Shown here piece by piece: positions 60,251 to 64,000 of a stretch of DNA of 64,000 nt (position 1 is its first letter; every line of letters begins with the position of its first letter). Position numbers and translations under genes: made by a program. This stretch comes from Amphiscolops sp. MND2022 (lineage: Eukaryota): the NCBI GenBank assembly GCA_964187785.1, contig OZ076414.1:12090001-12154000 (forward strand), read 5' to 3'. Below the pieces are notes generated by a model, which saw nothing but the letters and a program-made list of their open reading frames with translations, had not been told where the DNA came from and searched no databases.

Positions 60251-62599
60251 TGGTTAGAATGTGCAAAGCTTTCAATTGAAAGTTCGAATGCAACTCGTCG
60301 TTTCTGCAACCATCGAAAAAAGAAAGTTTTTCAGGATTGAGAAGGCCTTCCTGAAATTGTGAAGCCTAACCACTACCAAACTACCAAGTATCGGAGTGTT
60401 TAACCTTGAATAGTTAACCAATAATATGAAAGTACTGCGGATTATTGCTTCGTTTTACCAAACACTTTACCCTGTTGTCAGGTGTTGGGAGGATAAACTT
60501 GCAACCACAAGGTCCGATGTTCCCAGTAAAAGCGATGAAATTGGCAAGTTTTCCATTGAAAAACCCCACACGGAGTGTCTGTCTATCAAAAAAAGAATAA
60601 GTTACAGGTAATTATGTAAAAAAATTCATTCTTTAACCTCTCCGAAGATTTCCACTCTGCATAGTTGTGTTCTCGACACTTCATTTTGTGCAGTGAAGAA
60701 GATTTCACTTGTTGGAGGTTTCTCCGGGAATACAACAGTGTACCTTTCACCGGGCAAAGACCCTTCTGTCGCAACACACTCTACAACCCCCGGTGCCCTT
60801 ACATAATTTTTTCCCTCCACTTAATCTGTCAAAAAAGCCAAATAAAGCCAAAAAGGCAATCCTACTATGTTTTTAATAAGGAGCCTAATTAAAACTTTCT
60901 GGACTTCAATATAGTTATGAAAAACTCTACTACTACGTTCCTTTTATGTTCTGAGTAGCGGCCTAATTTTAACTTTCTTGACTTCATTATTCTGATGAAA
61001 AACTCTCTATTTTCAAACGTGTTTCTGTTGAAATGGGAAAATTTTCATCGATAGTTCAATTTGTTTTATCGCTAGGTTTTTCTCCGAACTAGAGAATGCA
61101 TTTGTTGAACAGCGATTGTTTAAGAAACAAACTGGATGAAAACTGACATTTTTCATTTACTTCAAGATTCTCATTATATAGCACAGAATCATAAAAGAAG
61201 AAAATCACAACACTGGATGATGCATCGAAATTTGTGCTCAATGAGCAAATATTACTAGACGAAGTTTTTCTAGATGATAAGTGCACCGGAGTATTTGCCG
61301 TTGAGCCACGAGGCACATATATTAGCTCCTCCTGTTGACCCACACTCTGAAATACCATTTGATGCTCAAAAAAATCGATGCCGGATCAAAACTACCACAA
61401 TTCACAGTCGAACATTCGAAGAAACAAAACAGCACCTGTACTAGTATATGCCGTTGGGCTCAAAATAAACGTCAAGTCAAATCAAGAGTCGTCGAGATCC
61501 CTTTTCATTCGAGAAGACCTCTAGTTTTGACCTTATTTTTATGTTGCCGTATACTTCAAGAATATATGTTATACAGCAGTATCTATAAAAAGCTAGGACG
61601 AACAGAAGTAATTGAGTGCTTATGAAGGCCGAGAACCATTCTATTCGTAACCTTGCTGACCTTGCCGTAAAACTTACATGTATCTGTTAATAGTAGTGTA
61701 CAACTATCGATACGACTATCTATACAACCAATCGTAATAATGTAAAGTAGTTAAGGCTTTTATTAACCTGTGAACACCAACAACATGTAACCTCTTGCAA
61801 TCTCCAATATTTTGTACTTACCATTTGATTTGATGTTTAGATATTTCAGAAGATATATCGAATTGCAGTACTTTGATTGTTCTTTATTAAAGACCTTACA
61901 CCGGAGCTCTGTTGGTAGTCTCTTCAAAATACTTACCTAAAGCCTGTTGTGGAAGACAGTTTGTCTGAAATCAAAACATAACACTATACTCAATCGAGTA
62001 CTTTAAAGATCAAAATGAGCCCACAGTCGTCGAAGATCCTTCGTGTCCGAAATACACGCTTGGTTTGTTACCATGTTTGATGCTGCAGAAGGTCTTTAAA
62101 CTGCTATTAGCTGTAATTTAACTAACGTTTTCACAACATTTTCAGTTTACGTGTGATTAATTAATGAGGCCCAAATATACTGTCAGCTGGCTGCACCGAT
62201 GCAGACTCTTTGACAACAGAAAGAATTACTTATAACAAAATTTGATTCAATGCACATTTGAACACACCCCTCTTTTTGGAGCAGTAAATGATTTTTTGAA
62301 CATAAATGAGTCCCGACGTTTACAATAAACGTTTCACAATATGTACTGAGCAAGCGAAAAATCTATTTTTCCAAAGCGGCCATCTAACTTTCTCAAACGC
62401 CAATACCAATTCACTTTCTTGTCATGTATCTTTAGTTTTGGGCCTCCGGATTCCGGACTTAGATGATCATACACTTGACATACATGACACAATACAAATC
62501 ATACTAAAATTTTTTCTAATATTTAAGGAAATTGCCTAGACCACGGTCACACTGAAATCATGAACTTTTTTTTCCCACGCGGGTTGCCGTGACATGTCA

Positions 62600-64000
62600 T
62601 CTAAACTAATTTTTGGTTGTTTAGTTTGTTATGTTTGAGTCAGGTTCAAGATGATAAAAGAGTTGGTTTTAAAATTTAGAAGGTATAGAGACGAAGTGAA
62701 AAGGTAGTTTTTAAGTTTGTTATTAGAATCATCAAGATGTATATCGAGTTTACATCAAATTGTAACTATTCTTTCTCTACGTGAGTTTCGGGCGAATATG
62801 CAATGCTTAGCTTGAGACATATCAAGTGGACGGAGTTGGGTTTTAATTAGAGATTGATTTGGAGTCAGGTTTTGAGAGGTATAGGCTTATAGAATGGTGT
62901 TAATGTTAATTTGACATGTTGTATTTTCGGAATTTTTGTTGTGAATTTTTGAAATGTCATACAATTTTGGCTTTGTTTGTTCCGTGGGGGTTTTGAAAAA
63001 TTGATGACGGAGTTCACAGTGATTGACAAATGAAAGAGTGGAGTAGGAAAAAACAGAACGGTGTGAAAAGTGCAAAGGAAAAATGTTGGTGACTTTTTGA
63101 CGAACATGAAGCTTTATGAGTGGAAGATTCTCGGTTCTCATTTCAACTTATGCGTTACTCTTATTCGTCTTTCTGTACAAACTAAAATAAAACACGATTT
63201 TGGAACTTCAACAGCAAAAGGCAGCGTGAATAAAGTCAAAATAGTTCAAACACAAATCAAATATTAGTCAACTCTTGTTCAGGAGTTGTTCTCATGTTGT
63301 GGGTAAGAAGAGTTGAAAAAAATGTCCATTGAGAGAACGACATGAAAAAACTTCGAGTAAGTAAAAATCAATATCAGAGCTGAGTAAGCTTTTGTGAGTG
63401 AATTAAGAGGAAGGGAATTGAAAACAAAAAATTGTTTAGAACCGAAGTTATTGAGGAGGAAGACTGGCAAATTTTCGGAGAGTAGGTGAAAAAAAGGAGG
63501 GGAAAAGAAAATTATAATTGGAGGGAAAATTTTAAAACCTTTAAAGTTAAAGCTCTTGTTCAGCAAATGTCAGCATCGTGGAGGGATGTTCTTGTTTAGT
63601 CAACGTCTTGAAGGGATGTTATCCAGGGGGCACGATCATTCCGTGATTGCGTGGGTTGGGGGTGAATTTGGTTCATATTCAATGGGGATTAGCGCAGGGG
63701 ATGAGGGAGGTAATGTGGAAGATGTATATGAACAACAATTAGCGGTAAAGGTGAGCATCACAGGGGGTCGCAGCACTGGAGACAATTCTGACAATTAGGG
63801 AGGGGAATTAGCAAAGAGTGGTGAAAACTGAGGGGTAGCGCAACCGGGGATTTTTGTGTTCAGTTAGTTTGGAGGGAGTTTCATGATTGATTTACAATAG
63901 TATCTACATTTGCAGTGATTTTATTAAGTTCAGTAGGTTTTTCAAAGAGGAATTGTTCTATCTATTGTTCATAAAGTTTTAGAGCATTGTTGTACTGAGT
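62600..64000 (-). mobile_element. Family A copy A6: gag C-terminus, degenerate protease region and tail-like sequence (continues beyond the window)
   Basis: G-poor sense-strand composition; RTENLPLIKLHV...(LDTG decayed)...; downstream sequence resembles the post-integrase tail of A1/A2. Confidence 0.6.

Noticed and set aside
60881-61010. Degenerate ~80-bp tandem duplication (and a ~23-bp one at 23822-23866)
   Set aside because: Local slippage with no further structure.
61262-61345. Possible terminal exon on the minus strand (tttcAG|...CGSTGGANICASWLNGKYSGALII*)
   Set aside because: It does not join in frame with the nearest candidate micro-exon, and no domain is recognisable.

Overview
Eukaryotic (metazoan-like, AT-rich) window made almost entirely of nested, decayed transposable elements; no rRNA, tRNA or CRISPR array is supported. 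Two Ty3/Gypsy LTR families dominate. Family A (five pieces: 1-7357 +, ~8215-20150 -, 46841-57251 -, 58601-59800 -, 62600-64000 -) has a G-poor sense strand and a retrovirus-like layout: gag, pol, a long S/T/P-rich tail, an env resembling class III (chuvirus G / herpes gB-like) fusogens, then further unknown ORFs. Family B (24204-45902 +) has ~1.65-kb TG...CA LTRs that contain an ORF, a PBS, a -1 slippery site and a PPT. It carries two multi-kb internal tandem duplications. Between pol and the 3' LTR it also has an antisense, intron-containing BED-finger/hAT-like gene set back-to-back with a small sense ORF; this is the most unusual structure in the window. Also present: a Helentron/HINE-like element inserted in env, a LINE fragment bridging a pol deletion, a second divergent env-like remnant, one probable host exon (F-type lectin-like, 21106-21312), a cluster of possible micro-exons near 61.7-62.0 kb and a 200-N gap. 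Family assignments come from motif recognition by eye; no database search or alignment was run.
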